NCBI GenBank assembly: GCA_034437735.1
Contig: DAOTTS010000093.1
Location: forward strand, 27,705 to 91,704
Source: Anaerolineae bacterium
GTDB taxonomy: Bacteria; Chloroflexota; Anaerolineae; B4-G1; SLSP01
Direction: 5' to 3'
Length of the DNA stretch: 64,000 nt
Shown here: positions 18,043-27,757 of the stretch, one piece after another
How the letters are laid out: every line of letters begins with the position of its first letter
Position numbering within the stretch: the stretch's first letter is position 1
Position numbers and translations under genes: made by a program
Notes under the pieces: model-generated
The model's database searches: none
Seen by the model: the letters and a program-made list of their open reading frames with translations, nothing else
What the model was told of the DNA's origin: nothing

Positions 18043-19740
18043 CTAGAGCATTCGGGTCGGATAAAGCTTTCCCTCAATAAAACCCCGATCCCGATAATAC
18101 TGGCGGGTACCAATCGCCGCAATGACGGCGAGGCCATCGTAACCGGCTCGCGTCGCAACCGACGCCGCCTCTTCAAGCAACTGCGTGCCCAGACCCCGGT
18201 GTTGGACGCCCTCCCCCCGCTCACCGAGTGCCTGCGCAGGACCGTAAATGTGCAGTTCGCGGACCATCGCCGCATTCCGGATCTCTGGCAGCGGCAGCTC
18301 ACGCCGGGGCCGATGAGGTAACGACAATCGCAGGAAGCCCGCCAGTTTTCCGTTCTCGGTCACATATTGCATGAAGTGCTCGGTCGTGACGTCGGTATCA
18401 TAGACCACCGGATCAAGCGTTACCGTATCAAGCGAGGCCGGCTCCCGGCCCCGGATCTCTCGGCAACGGACACACCGGCACTGCAAACCACGCATCGCCA
18501 TCTGCTGCTGAACGATCTGCCGCAGATTGCTTTTGGTCGTCCCGGCAACGATGTAGGGCGCAGGAATATCGCGCATCAAGCGATTGATCCGGCAATAAGG
18601 AGGGACGCTCTGCTTACAGTCAATCATCAGCTCGATCAGATCTGCTTCCGAATAAGGGGCATATTCACCCTCCGTCCAAAGACCGTAGAGTGCCGTATCC
18701 TCTAATAACGCCGTAGGATAGATCTTCAGTTCATCGGGCCGAAACGTCGGGTCCTCCCACAGCTTACGAAAATCCTCCAGGTCCGAAGCCGGCGTCGCGC
18801 CATAGAGGTTTGGCATCCAATGCAAGACAATCTTGAAGCCGCCCAGCCGTAATAGCCGGATAGCGCGTCGTGTATCATCGACGGTATGTCCCCGCCGATT
18901 CATCGCCAGAATCCGATCGTTAAGGCTCTGTGCGCCAAGCTGAACTTTGGTCACGCCGTGGCGGCGGAGTTCGACCACCGCCTCGGGTGATATACAGTCC
19001 GGACGCGTCTCGACCACTAACCCGACGTTCCGGTGCAGGGCGCGCTCATTTCTCTCAAAAGCTTCGTAGAGAGTCGCTGAAGGCGCCTCATTCATCGCGT
19101 CAAAGCACCGGCGCAGGAACCAGCGGCGGTAGCCCTCCGGATAAGCTGACCAGGTTCCGCCGAGAATCAGCAGCTCAACCTTATCAGTGGTGTGACCGAT
19201 GGCCTCCAGGGCCTCGATGCGAACCTGAGTCTGGCGATAGGGATCATACTCATGCTGCATCGCCCGCAAAACACCCGGCTCCCCATCGAGGTAGCTCTTC
19301 GGCGCAGCATCTTGCTCCGGACAGAAGATACAGTTTCCGGGACATGCATAAGGTTCGGTCAACACAGCAACCGGAGCCACACCGGATATCGTCCGGACCG
19401 GACGCCCTTGCAGCTCCCGTTCAATTTTGGAGCTCTTAGGGATCTCCCCGGCCTCCACGAATTCCCGATAGGCCCCCAATAATTGGGACTTGGCATAGGT
19501 CCCATGCTCACGTGGATACCGGCGCAGGACCGCCATAAGGTCCCCACCCTTATTGGGCATTGAGCGCACAGCTCGGAGCACCTTGAGGACCTTGCGGCGT
19601 TCCTTAGGATCGCTCAAATCAATACGTTCAGGTATACCACCTCTAGCCATACGATGATTATACCATGCGCAGCGAAGGGCAACACCCACAAAACGTCGAG
19701 GGGTCCGCATAAATAACGGGAGTTTCATCAAGGTTAGCAC
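18043..19740 (-). CDS. elp3: Elp3-family radical SAM / GNAT tRNA-modification enzyme (bacterial Elongator protein 3 homolog)
   Basis: It has a basic N-terminal region. The radical SAM cysteine motif is YACPGNCIFCPEQ (CX3CX2C in the Elp3-typical N-C-I-F/Y-C-P context). A C-terminal GNAT domain reads VRELHIYGPA...QHRGLGTQLLEEA. The start is uncertain: the GTG at 19740 or the ATG at 19728. Confidence 0.8.
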   Translation of the reverse strand: MLTLMKLPLFMRTPRRFVGVALRCAWYNHRMARGGIPERIDLSDPKERRKVLKVLRAVRSMPNKGGDLMAVLRRYPREHGTYAKSQLLGAYREFVEAGEIPKSSKIERELQGRPVRTISGVAPVAVLTEPYACPGNCIFCPEQDAAPKSYLDGEPGVLRAMQHEYDPYRQTQVRIEALEAIGHTTDKVELLILGGTWSAYPEGYRRWFLRRCFDAMNEAPSATLYEAFERNERALHRNVGLVVETRPDCISPEAVVELRRHGVTKVQLGAQSLNDRILAMNRRGHTVDDTRRAIRLLRLGGFKIVLHWMPNLYGATPASDLEDFRKLWEDPTFRPDELKIYPTALLEDTALYGLWTEGEYAPYSEADLIELMIDCKQSVPPYCRINRLMRDIPAPYIVAGTTKSNLRQIVQQQMAMRGLQCRCVRCREIRGREPASLDTVTLDPVVYDTDVTTEHFMQYVTENGKLAGFLRLSLPHRPRRELPLPEIRNAAMVRELHIYGPAQALGERGEGVQHRGLGTQLLEEAASVATRAGYDGLAVIAAIGTRQYYRDRGFIEGKLYPTRML

Positions 19741-19809
19741 ACCTCACCCTATGCTTCCGTAATCGCTATTTGTCTTGCGGACACAGGATTCTTTGCTATA
19801 CTCTAGACT

Positions 19810-20544
19810 ATGCATTCACAAACAGCTGGGGCACTCAGAGACATCAATCGTGCATTCTACGAAAAGTTCGCCGGCTCTTTCGACGCATCTCGCGCGCCGA
19901 CGGAGCCGGGACTCAAGCGTATTTTTCCCAGGATATCGCCAGGATCTCGGGTGCTGGATCTGGGATGTGGGCACGGGCGGCTTGCTGCCCTGCTTCCCCC
20001 AAACTGTACCTACCTGGGTGTGGACAACGCAGAGGCGATGCTGGCACTGGCCCAGGGTCACGTAGATCAAGAGGCTAAGGCCATTCAGGCTCAATTCATA
20101 GCTCTGGACCTGCTGGATTCGGATTGGGCGATCCACGTTCCCGGATCCTTCGATTGGATCGTGGTGCGCGCGGTATTGCATCACATCCCCGGATATGCGA
20201 ACCGTCGTAACTTGCTGGAGCAGTCCGCCACACTTCTTAACGCAGAGGGGCGCCTCCTCATCGCGAATTGGCAATTCCTCGAGATTCCCCGGCTGCGGCG
20301 CCGCGTGTTACCCTGGTCGGAGGTCGGGCTCAAGCCCACAGCGGTTGAGCCGGGGGATTACCTGCTGGATTGGAGACGAGACGGTTATGGACGTCGTTAC
20401 GTTCACCTCGTCAATGAGTCAGAGACACAGACACTGGCACACGACAGTGGCCTAACCGTTGTCGAGATGTTTCGGGCCGATGGTCACACCAACGACTTAA
20501 CGCTCTATGCCATACTGTCGGGAGCTTCGGGCAACAGCGTGTAG
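19810..20544 (+). CDS. Class I SAM-dependent methyltransferase, Trm9-like
   Basis: Motif I reads VLDLGCGHGRL. The C-terminal DWRRDGYGRRYVHLVNESE...NDLTLY resembles the Trm9 C-terminal RYYH.F..GEL...GNW region. It lies divergent to elp3. Confidence 0.7.
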   Translation: MHSQTAGALRDINRAFYEKFAGSFDASRAPTEPGLKRIFPRISPGSRVLDLGCGHGRLAALLPPNCTYLGVDNAEAMLALAQGHVDQEAKAIQAQFIALDLLDSDWAIHVPGSFDWIVVRAVLHHIPGYANRRNLLEQSATLLNAEGRLLIANWQFLEIPRLRRRVLPWSEVGLKPTAVEPGDYLLDWRRDGYGRRYVHLVNESETQTLAHDSGLTVVEMFRADGHTNDLTLYAILSGASGNSV

Positions 20545-20563
20545 TTGAACAGGAGGGTACGTC

Positions 20564-22678
20564 TTGTTACACCGTTCAGTCAGAATACTTCGCACAAGAC
20601 GTCTGATCTGGATGCCTGCGCTCCTCCTGGTGAGCCTGGGGTTGATTGCGTGCAGTGCCGGTATATCCCAGCCGTTAATGAGCCTCGGTCCCATCGCAAC
20701 GATCAGCCAAAGAACCGTTGAGCCCCTATCCGCTCTACAAACGCCCGCCCCCCCTCGGGAGCCTGCGGTCAGACTAACGTATGATGAAGCCTCGACCAGC
20801 CTGATGGCAAAAGCTCAGCACTTCCCACCGAACACAAAGCTCGAATTCAAGCTTTGGATCGGCATTCGCCCAATCAAAGTAACTTATTATTGCACAACCG
20901 ACACCTATGGATATTGTGCCCGACCAATGGGGCTGATTAGAGATTACCCAGAGGCTACACACAGCGGGAAGGAACTGATCGCCTCGGCACAAAGCTGTGA
21001 CCATAAGGACCTTAAAGCCTTCAGCCTGCCGATCAGCTTTCGGTCGTCATCTCAGGGAATCAAGCGCTGTGAAGCGACCGCAACCCCTTCCCCCACGTCA
21101 CCTTTGCCCACGTCCACCCCACCCAGCGGCTCCACACCCATCTCTGAGCCCATCGATACGCCGACTGAGAAAACGCCCCCATCGGCGACGCCATCACCAA
21201 CCCCAGGACAAGCGACACAGCCCGCGTTTTGTGTGACGTGCACGCTTACGCCCGCATCAACACCCAGTCCCACCCCAAGCCCATCGATCACCCTGGTTCC
21301 CACACGCGTTCCCGCCAATCCCCATGGTTCTTCCCATACAACGACGCCCACGCCAATCCCTCTCGATAGCCACTTTCCCTACTGGCGTGGCGAATACTTC
21401 GACAACCCCCAACTACGAGGGGAACCGGCGCTGATCCAGGATGACGCCAACCTGGCTTTTAACTGGGGTGAAAACTCTCCCATTCCGGGGGCACTGCCCA
21501 AGAACCAATTTAGCGTGCGCTGGAGTCAGAGATTCGTTATCCGTCAGGAAGGACGCTACACGTTCTATCTGGATGCCGATGACAGTGCGGTGGTCCATCT
21601 GAACGGGGAGACGTTAATGAGTTATCACCTGAACAACCAGCAAGATCACGTCCAGATGGCGACCCGGTATCTCGCTCAAGGGGAAGAGCTCCACGCTGAA
21701 GTGGAGTACGTCGAGCATTGGGCGAACGCAAGCCTCAAATTCTGGTGGGAAGTCGCCACAGAGCCACCGTGCTGGCACGGTCATTATTTTGCCAATGCCG
21801 ACTTAGCAGGCGAGGTCGTCGCGCAAGAGGCGCTTTGCAGCGGCAATATCCGTAAACATTGGGGGACCGCCGACGCTTGGCCACCAACGTTAGGACCGAA
21901 TACGCACTTTTCCACGTGCTGGACCCGTGTCATCGAAGCTCCAATGTCCGACTCTGAGTATCGGCTCTGCCTTTACGTCAGGGACAGCGCCCGCCTATGG
22001 CTTGACCGGACGCTCTTGTTGAACAAACGCAGTATTGACGTCGAACCTCAATTCATATGCAGAGATGTCACCATCAATCCGGACACAGGGGTTCACGTTT
22101 TGCGACTGGACCACTATCGAAAGAGTCAAGGCAATGCGGTGCTGGGACTCTATTTCGTCGAACGCAAGCCCAACAGTCCTTGGACCGGTGCGTATTTTGA
22201 TAATGCTACCCTATCGGGTCCCCCCACCTTGGTGGGAACCGCTCATGAACTCAATATGCCCTCGGCCAAGCAAAGCCTCGATGCACAGGTCAGGGGGCGG
22301 GCATTCTCTTCCTTGTGGCAGAGAGAGGTGACCACGAATAAGGGGATCTATTACTTCTTCGCAAGACACGACGATGGCGTCCTGTTAACCGCAAACAGCG
22401 CGACAATGATCAACGACTGGTATCCTGGTGACATAAGAGAGCGGAAACACACCTATCTAGCAACGGGCGAGGAAGCACTGGATTTGGAGGTCAAGTACTA
22501 TCACGACCATCAGGGTGCTGATCCAAAACTACAGATCTGGTGGGAGAGAGCAACGCCCACCGCGACCGTGACCCCGACGCCCTCTATGACACCAACCCCG
22601 TCCCCCACGTTCCTACCGACCCACACCCCTTCCCTTACACCACAACCAACGATGACGTGCGTGACACCCGTGCCCTGA
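20564..22678 (+). CDS. Secreted protein with three PA14 domains and Pro/Thr/Ser-rich linkers
   Basis: It has a TTG start with an aggagg RBS 7 nt upstream and a signal or lipobox sequence LLLVSLGLIACSAG. Three repeats have the PA14 pattern G.YFDN..L.G.P...........W. The linkers are TPSPTSP-rich. Confidence 0.75.
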   Translation: MLHRSVRILRTRRLIWMPALLLVSLGLIACSAGISQPLMSLGPIATISQRTVEPLSALQTPAPPREPAVRLTYDEASTSLMAKAQHFPPNTKLEFKLWIGIRPIKVTYYCTTDTYGYCARPMGLIRDYPEATHSGKELIASAQSCDHKDLKAFSLPISFRSSSQGIKRCEATATPSPTSPLPTSTPPSGSTPISEPIDTPTEKTPPSATPSPTPGQATQPAFCVTCTLTPASTPSPTPSPSITLVPTRVPANPHGSSHTTTPTPIPLDSHFPYWRGEYFDNPQLRGEPALIQDDANLAFNWGENSPIPGALPKNQFSVRWSQRFVIRQEGRYTFYLDADDSAVVHLNGETLMSYHLNNQQDHVQMATRYLAQGEELHAEVEYVEHWANASLKFWWEVATEPPCWHGHYFANADLAGEVVAQEALCSGNIRKHWGTADAWPPTLGPNTHFSTCWTRVIEAPMSDSEYRLCLYVRDSARLWLDRTLLLNKRSIDVEPQFICRDVTINPDTGVHVLRLDHYRKSQGNAVLGLYFVERKPNSPWTGAYFDNATLSGPPTLVGTAHELNMPSAKQSLDAQVRGRAFSSLWQREVTTNKGIYYFFARHDDGVLLTANSATMINDWYPGDIRERKHTYLATGEEALDLEVKYYHDHQGADPKLQIWWERATPTATVTPTPSMTPTPSPTFLPTHTPSLTPQPTMTCVTPVP

Positions 22679-22700
22679 AGTCGCTAAGACTGGTATCCCT

Positions 22701-25700
22701 CTACGAGCTGGGCAAAGTCACCTGATAGATCGTGCTGTAGGTATCCTGATAGACGACCTCCAACACCCCTTGTTGAACCAGTGCTACGAATTTTGCCTCA
22801 GCCTCTGGGATCATATAGGCGCGCTCGTACGGAGTAACAATCACATAGGAGACGTCGTAGTCATCAAGGATCTCAGCGGCCTCCACCGGGGATGACCCAT
22901 TGTAGAAATAGCGGACGTCCTGCATTCGTGATTCAACGGTCCCCGCCGGCATAGCACCGCGTTGCTGGACTTGATGCCAACGCCAGGCCGCGACCGTCGG
23001 TAATCCTGTATAAACGCTAATCCGACTCCCCCAGAGATACTCGCGGGCACCGACTGCCTCCATGATCACGGGGCTCCCCTGGACATTCTCCTGGAGCCAA
23101 CGGATTACCTGATAGTCCGCCCAGAGCGAAATATCACTGCCATGCTCGTATTGAGTTGCATATGCCATAAAAACCATGCCGTCGAGTGTGGGAGGCGCTT
23201 CCGCAGCCCATCGATCCTGTGTCTTCGCCGGGATCGCCAAGGCGGGATAAAGACCGGTCCCCAGGATAAGAAGCGACATCACGATCACAGCGACCTCTTC
23301 GACACCCACGCGCTCTGTCTTTCCACCGGTCCAACGGTGAATCATGCGCTCGACAAAGACAGCAGCGCTCAGGCCTAATAACGTCCAGACCTGATACTGA
23401 AACTTAAACACGGTGTTCATCCGTCCAATGTCACCCTGAAGCACGACAATCTCTACCATCAGACTCAAAGCAAGCGCGGAACCGACCCAAATCCACAGGA
23501 GTCTGCGCCTTTGGTTGCGTGGCGAAACGACTTGCAAGGCAGCAAAGAGCCCTAATGGGACGACAATCCATCCGATGGGAGCTTTGAATAATGCAACGGG
23601 CACACTCAAACCCAGCAGCAAGAGGGCTACCGTCACGGCGACGATCCGCCATAATTGAGGTCGATTCTCAGGTGTCTCAAAGTAGGCGAGCCATCGCAGC
23701 CCCTCATGCCACACGCCATAGATGAGCGGAACAAGAAACTGCCCCAGCATCAGGAAGAATACCCCCAAAGGCGTGCGCGTACCCTTCCAAAGCTCAAACG
23801 TCGTATAGGTCACGATATAGTTAGCGACAAAAGGTCGGAATAACAATTCCGCCCCCAAAAACAAGAGAATGGGCGTGATCAGTAAGCGCCCCACCCACGC
23901 CAATGCGGTGGTTAAGGTTACGCGCCGTTCCGAAGAGGCTCCCGTGTCCACCCGAGCAGGAGGTGATAACGTCAAAGTGGGAGCCACTCCGAGAAGAGAA
24001 CCAAACGTCATCAGCACCAGGTACGTGGGATAGTCCCAGGTATTGGTCGCGCGCAAGGCACCGGCGACCAGCACAGCAAGCCCTAGACTACTCACCGGCC
24101 TGGGAAAGAACCGTTTCCACCCCGTGCTCTTCAACCGAACCGTGCCCAGCCCCCATTGCAGGGCGATGGCAAGCGCAACGTACGTCAGCGGCAGCGCCAT
24201 CATGTGCGCGTGAAGATCCGCATAGAGGAAAGTAAACGCTGGGAACTCATTGATCGCCCCGACCTCTCCCTCGGCAAACGGAATCAACCGCGTCGCATCC
24301 CAATACCACCATTCCGGTCGGAAGTTGAGTCCATGTCCCTCGATGACGACCTTCCAAAGGCCGACGAGTGCCGACACAACCTCGGGATATCCAGGAATCA
24401 AGCTCTCAAACTCGATACCGCCCACATCGACAAAGCCCTCAAAAATCAGCTGCGCTTCCCCAAGATTGCCGAGAATCACAATCAGGACCACGCCCCAGAG
24501 CCCGGCGCGTATCGATCGCCGGTCGCCCCCACCGGCAAGATTCGAAGCGACCGTATAGGCCCCCAGTCCTGTCATAGCCAAGAGCGAAGGCACCGCCAGA
24601 TTATAAGCAATGCTGGGAACAATCCCCAGTAACTCGGTCAATCCACCAAATAGGACGAAGCCGAAGTAATAGTAATTCATTTGGCCGCCGGCAAACCAGG
24701 GATCATAGGGTGGAAACCACGTAGACTTCATCACCGCATTGAAATAAGCGAAGTCCATTGGTTTCTCGCCGCCGCTCACCGGATGCCAAAGATCAGGATT
24801 GAGGTAACGCACCCCCACCCAGGCAAGATAGAGGCCCAAGAAGATGAGCTCGATCCACAGGATCTCGCGCCATCGCGAGCGGATAAAACGCACAAACTGC
24901 CGGCGGTTAAGCCAGAGGATAGTGCCACTGACCCCCAAACCCAGGAAGAGAAGACCCGCCAGTGTCGAGCGCACGCTGGGAACGATGTGGAGACTGGCCA
25001 AAAGCCACCCGACGTAGGCCCACACGAGCAGCCCTACCACTTTGGCCAACCCATAACCCCGCACTCGGAGGGCTGGCAGCATAGCATAGAGCCAGGGAAA
25101 AGCCATCCACCCAAGTACCAGCAAGAGCCCCCACCACAGCAGGACGGACAAGGCCGAGAACCGGTTATGGAGGGCCTCTGTGTTGAAGAGGTCAGACCAG
25201 GTACCGCCGGTCGCTTGTTCAATCTGAAGCTTAGGATCCAAAAGAAGGGAATCAGCCTTTGACTCAACATCCCCAAGAATGCGATTCCGTGTCGCTTCCC
25301 GAGGCGTCATCCACTGGACATCCTCCAGAAGCGAAGGAGGCAGCTGAGCCTCGGCGAGTTCGCGTGAGTACGTGGGAGTTTTCGCAAAGATTAGCACCGT
25401 CGGATGATCGTAGACGCTAAAAGCCTCTTCAGCCAGCGGAAAAGGCACTGAGGACTTGGCCTTGTTACTGTACTTCGCATTGACAAGATGAAAGGGTATT
25501 TCCTGATCCGGGAATTGCAGAGGCCCTAAGGAAGGATAGGAGACAAACTCAGCCCGGAGTTCATAGCCCAGATCCCCGCTGAACAAGGCTCGGTAATAAG
25601 CCGTGGTCAGGGGATACCGCATCGGCAGCCGTGGAATTGAGGCGTAGAGCCGGTTAGAGGAAAGCGCGATGAAGTCAGCCTCATCGAGCCAGTCAAGGAG

Positions 25701-27719
25701 ATACTGTCGCTTCTCCTCGGTATCGTTGTCATAATTATTCATCTGACCGGTAGGACTTGAGCTCAGATCCTGATACCAATTCCAGAACGGATCCTTGCCA
25801 TCGATCCGCAAAGGCAAAGGATCGTCCCAATGTTCGTTAGCAATCACGGACGTGCGCAGCGTCACGGCTTGGCCCCGCAGGAGAGAGAGTTCGACCTTGG
25901 CATATTCGCCGGCAGAGACCCTCACCGGCGGGTCGAACGTCATCCGAAGCGATCGAACATTGGGATCGTTGAAATTCAGGGAAGCGACCGCAGGCTGCCC
26001 ATTGACCGTAACTTCGATTTCACGAGGGCCGGGCACCCCCTTGGGATCGATCTTATTGACCTGCGCGGCCTCTACCCAGACAGTATCCGCTACCTCAACG
26101 CCCCCACCCACCCCAGACGTCACGACGGAGAGTTCCGTATTTGGCCTTATGGGTATCTGCAACTGATCTTTGGTCATCAGATCCAGCGTGACCGAGGTCG
26201 GGATATTGTCGTACATCCAGCGCGAAGCCTTCACCCGGGTAACGGGCTTCAGATAAATATGCAAGAATGCCCAGGCCCATAAAGCCGTCGTCAGAAAAAT
26301 CAGAGCCGGCAAAACACAAAGGACGTAACGCCCATAGGTTCTCCACCGCGCTTTCGCCACTGTTCCACGCGCGCCAACCCGAGACCCCCATGCCAGCTCA
26401 AGTAGCAGCACGGCGGCAAAAAGCGCAAAGAACGGATAGACCGGCAGCAGATAACGCATTGATTTGACCCACTGGGTCGATTGGTAAAGAAAGAACCCCG
26501 TACTCCAAAGCCACGGAATGAGAATGCGATGGGGAAGTGTGCGCCGGACAGAATCGGTCCACATTTTAACCAAGCGCCAGCCTAACCATGCCCACCCGAT
26601 GCAGGCCGTCACGCCTAGGGGTAATCCCATTCCCCAGAAGACCATATTGCGCAGCGGGAAGAGGATCGGGGCTCTTGCCGTCCACTGATGCCCATAAGGC
26701 ACATCCTGCAACCCACTCATCAGCCTACGAATATCCTTGATCGTCGCAATCCACTGAAGGTTAGGACTGACACCAAAGAAACCGGGGCCCATAAAAGCAT
26801 AAGGCTGTGCGATCCGAAACGCGAGAGCGGCGACAATACCGCTACCTATCAGCAAGAGTATCCGACGTAACGATAATCGGAAATGCGGACCTTCTCCAGA
26901 ATCAAAATGCATAACGCCCGTCAACCCGACGATAAGCGAAAGTGGCCACACGCTGATCTTCGAAGCAACCGCTAGGCCGGTCATAAGACCGGCGAGAAGA
27001 ATCAACCCACCAGGTTTGCGCTTGCCCGCAGCCAAAACGCACAGCAAGAGCGTCCATACCACAAAGACCGTCGCAAAACTATCGACAACAAAGAAATGGG
27101 CGTGCTGAATGGGGAGCACGGCAAACGCATAAAGCCCACCGGCTAGAAGAGAGAGCCGATTGCCAAAGAGAGAGCGGGCCAGCAGGATCAATCCCAACAA
27201 CGCAGCCACATCAGCCAGCGCAGAAAGGCCCCGACCTACGTGATGAATACCGGCGTATCCGGTGTAGGTGCCCGGCAAGCAAGCACCCGCATCTGCCGGC
27301 GTTTGACCACACAACACAGCATCGGTCCAGCGCCCCACCGCTCGGGTGACGAAGATCGGCAGCGTCCCATAGACGTAATTCACAAACTGATCGTAATTCA
27401 TAGGATTGATGGGGGAATCAGCGGTATCCCAGTAGAGACGCAAGCAGGCACCGAAATCCTCACAAATCGGCGCCCCGCTCTCTGCCTTCGCCTCACCGGG
27501 AAAGCGAAGCGTCCCTGCAACCATCGTGAGGTAACGCTCGTCCGGGTGCAGGTGGGTCCCCTCCCCCCAATCCAGGTTGACAAAACGGACGAGAGCGCCA
27601 AGGACCAGCAGAACCACCAGGGCCAATCGATAGCGAACTTGTCGATTCGGTCCTTGAGGAGTACTCATTGATTGAGGATGCCTAAACGGAGATTCTGTTA
27701 TCAAATGTTGTTCGGTCAT
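22701..27719 (-). CDS. Very large (1,672 aa) polytopic membrane protein, GT-C superfamily-like (PMT/ArnT-like N-terminal module plus additional TM modules)
   Basis: The first loop reads VRFVNLDWGEGTHLHPDERYLTMV (a DE motif after TM1, as in GT39/GT83). More than 25 TM helices are predicted. The C-terminal domain is soluble. Confidence 0.7.
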   Translation of the reverse strand: MTEQHLITESPFRHPQSMSTPQGPNRQVRYRLALVVLLVLGALVRFVNLDWGEGTHLHPDERYLTMVAGTLRFPGEAKAESGAPICEDFGACLRLYWDTADSPINPMNYDQFVNYVYGTLPIFVTRAVGRWTDAVLCGQTPADAGACLPGTYTGYAGIHHVGRGLSALADVAALLGLILLARSLFGNRLSLLAGGLYAFAVLPIQHAHFFVVDSFATVFVVWTLLLCVLAAGKRKPGGLILLAGLMTGLAVASKISVWPLSLIVGLTGVMHFDSGEGPHFRLSLRRILLLIGSGIVAALAFRIAQPYAFMGPGFFGVSPNLQWIATIKDIRRLMSGLQDVPYGHQWTARAPILFPLRNMVFWGMGLPLGVTACIGWAWLGWRLVKMWTDSVRRTLPHRILIPWLWSTGFFLYQSTQWVKSMRYLLPVYPFFALFAAVLLLELAWGSRVGARGTVAKARWRTYGRYVLCVLPALIFLTTALWAWAFLHIYLKPVTRVKASRWMYDNIPTSVTLDLMTKDQLQIPIRPNTELSVVTSGVGGGVEVADTVWVEAAQVNKIDPKGVPGPREIEVTVNGQPAVASLNFNDPNVRSLRMTFDPPVRVSAGEYAKVELSLLRGQAVTLRTSVIANEHWDDPLPLRIDGKDPFWNWYQDLSSSPTGQMNNYDNDTEEKRQYLLDWLDEADFIALSSNRLYASIPRLPMRYPLTTAYYRALFSGDLGYELRAEFVSYPSLGPLQFPDQEIPFHLVNAKYSNKAKSSVPFPLAEEAFSVYDHPTVLIFAKTPTYSRELAEAQLPPSLLEDVQWMTPREATRNRILGDVESKADSLLLDPKLQIEQATGGTWSDLFNTEALHNRFSALSVLLWWGLLLVLGWMAFPWLYAMLPALRVRGYGLAKVVGLLVWAYVGWLLASLHIVPSVRSTLAGLLFLGLGVSGTILWLNRRQFVRFIRSRWREILWIELIFLGLYLAWVGVRYLNPDLWHPVSGGEKPMDFAYFNAVMKSTWFPPYDPWFAGGQMNYYYFGFVLFGGLTELLGIVPSIAYNLAVPSLLAMTGLGAYTVASNLAGGGDRRSIRAGLWGVVLIVILGNLGEAQLIFEGFVDVGGIEFESLIPGYPEVVSALVGLWKVVIEGHGLNFRPEWWYWDATRLIPFAEGEVGAINEFPAFTFLYADLHAHMMALPLTYVALAIALQWGLGTVRLKSTGWKRFFPRPVSSLGLAVLVAGALRATNTWDYPTYLVLMTFGSLLGVAPTLTLSPPARVDTGASSERRVTLTTALAWVGRLLITPILLFLGAELLFRPFVANYIVTYTTFELWKGTRTPLGVFFLMLGQFLVPLIYGVWHEGLRWLAYFETPENRPQLWRIVAVTVALLLLGLSVPVALFKAPIGWIVVPLGLFAALQVVSPRNQRRRLLWIWVGSALALSLMVEIVVLQGDIGRMNTVFKFQYQVWTLLGLSAAVFVERMIHRWTGGKTERVGVEEVAVIVMSLLILGTGLYPALAIPAKTQDRWAAEAPPTLDGMVFMAYATQYEHGSDISLWADYQVIRWLQENVQGSPVIMEAVGAREYLWGSRISVYTGLPTVAAWRWHQVQQRGAMPAGTVESRMQDVRYFYNGSSPVEAAEILDDYDVSYVIVTPYERAYMIPEAEAKFVALVQQGVLEVVYQDTYSTIYQVTLPSS

Positions 27720-27757
27720 AGAATCGTTATCGTCAATCGTAAGCCCACTTTACAAAG

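Noticed and set aside
19770-20078. Two overlapping plus-strand ORFs (19770..20078, 19775..20065) upstream of or overlapping the methyltransferase gene.
   Set aside because: The frame starting at 19810 carries the SAM-binding motif and the Trm9-like C-terminal motif. The others are out-of-frame overlaps.
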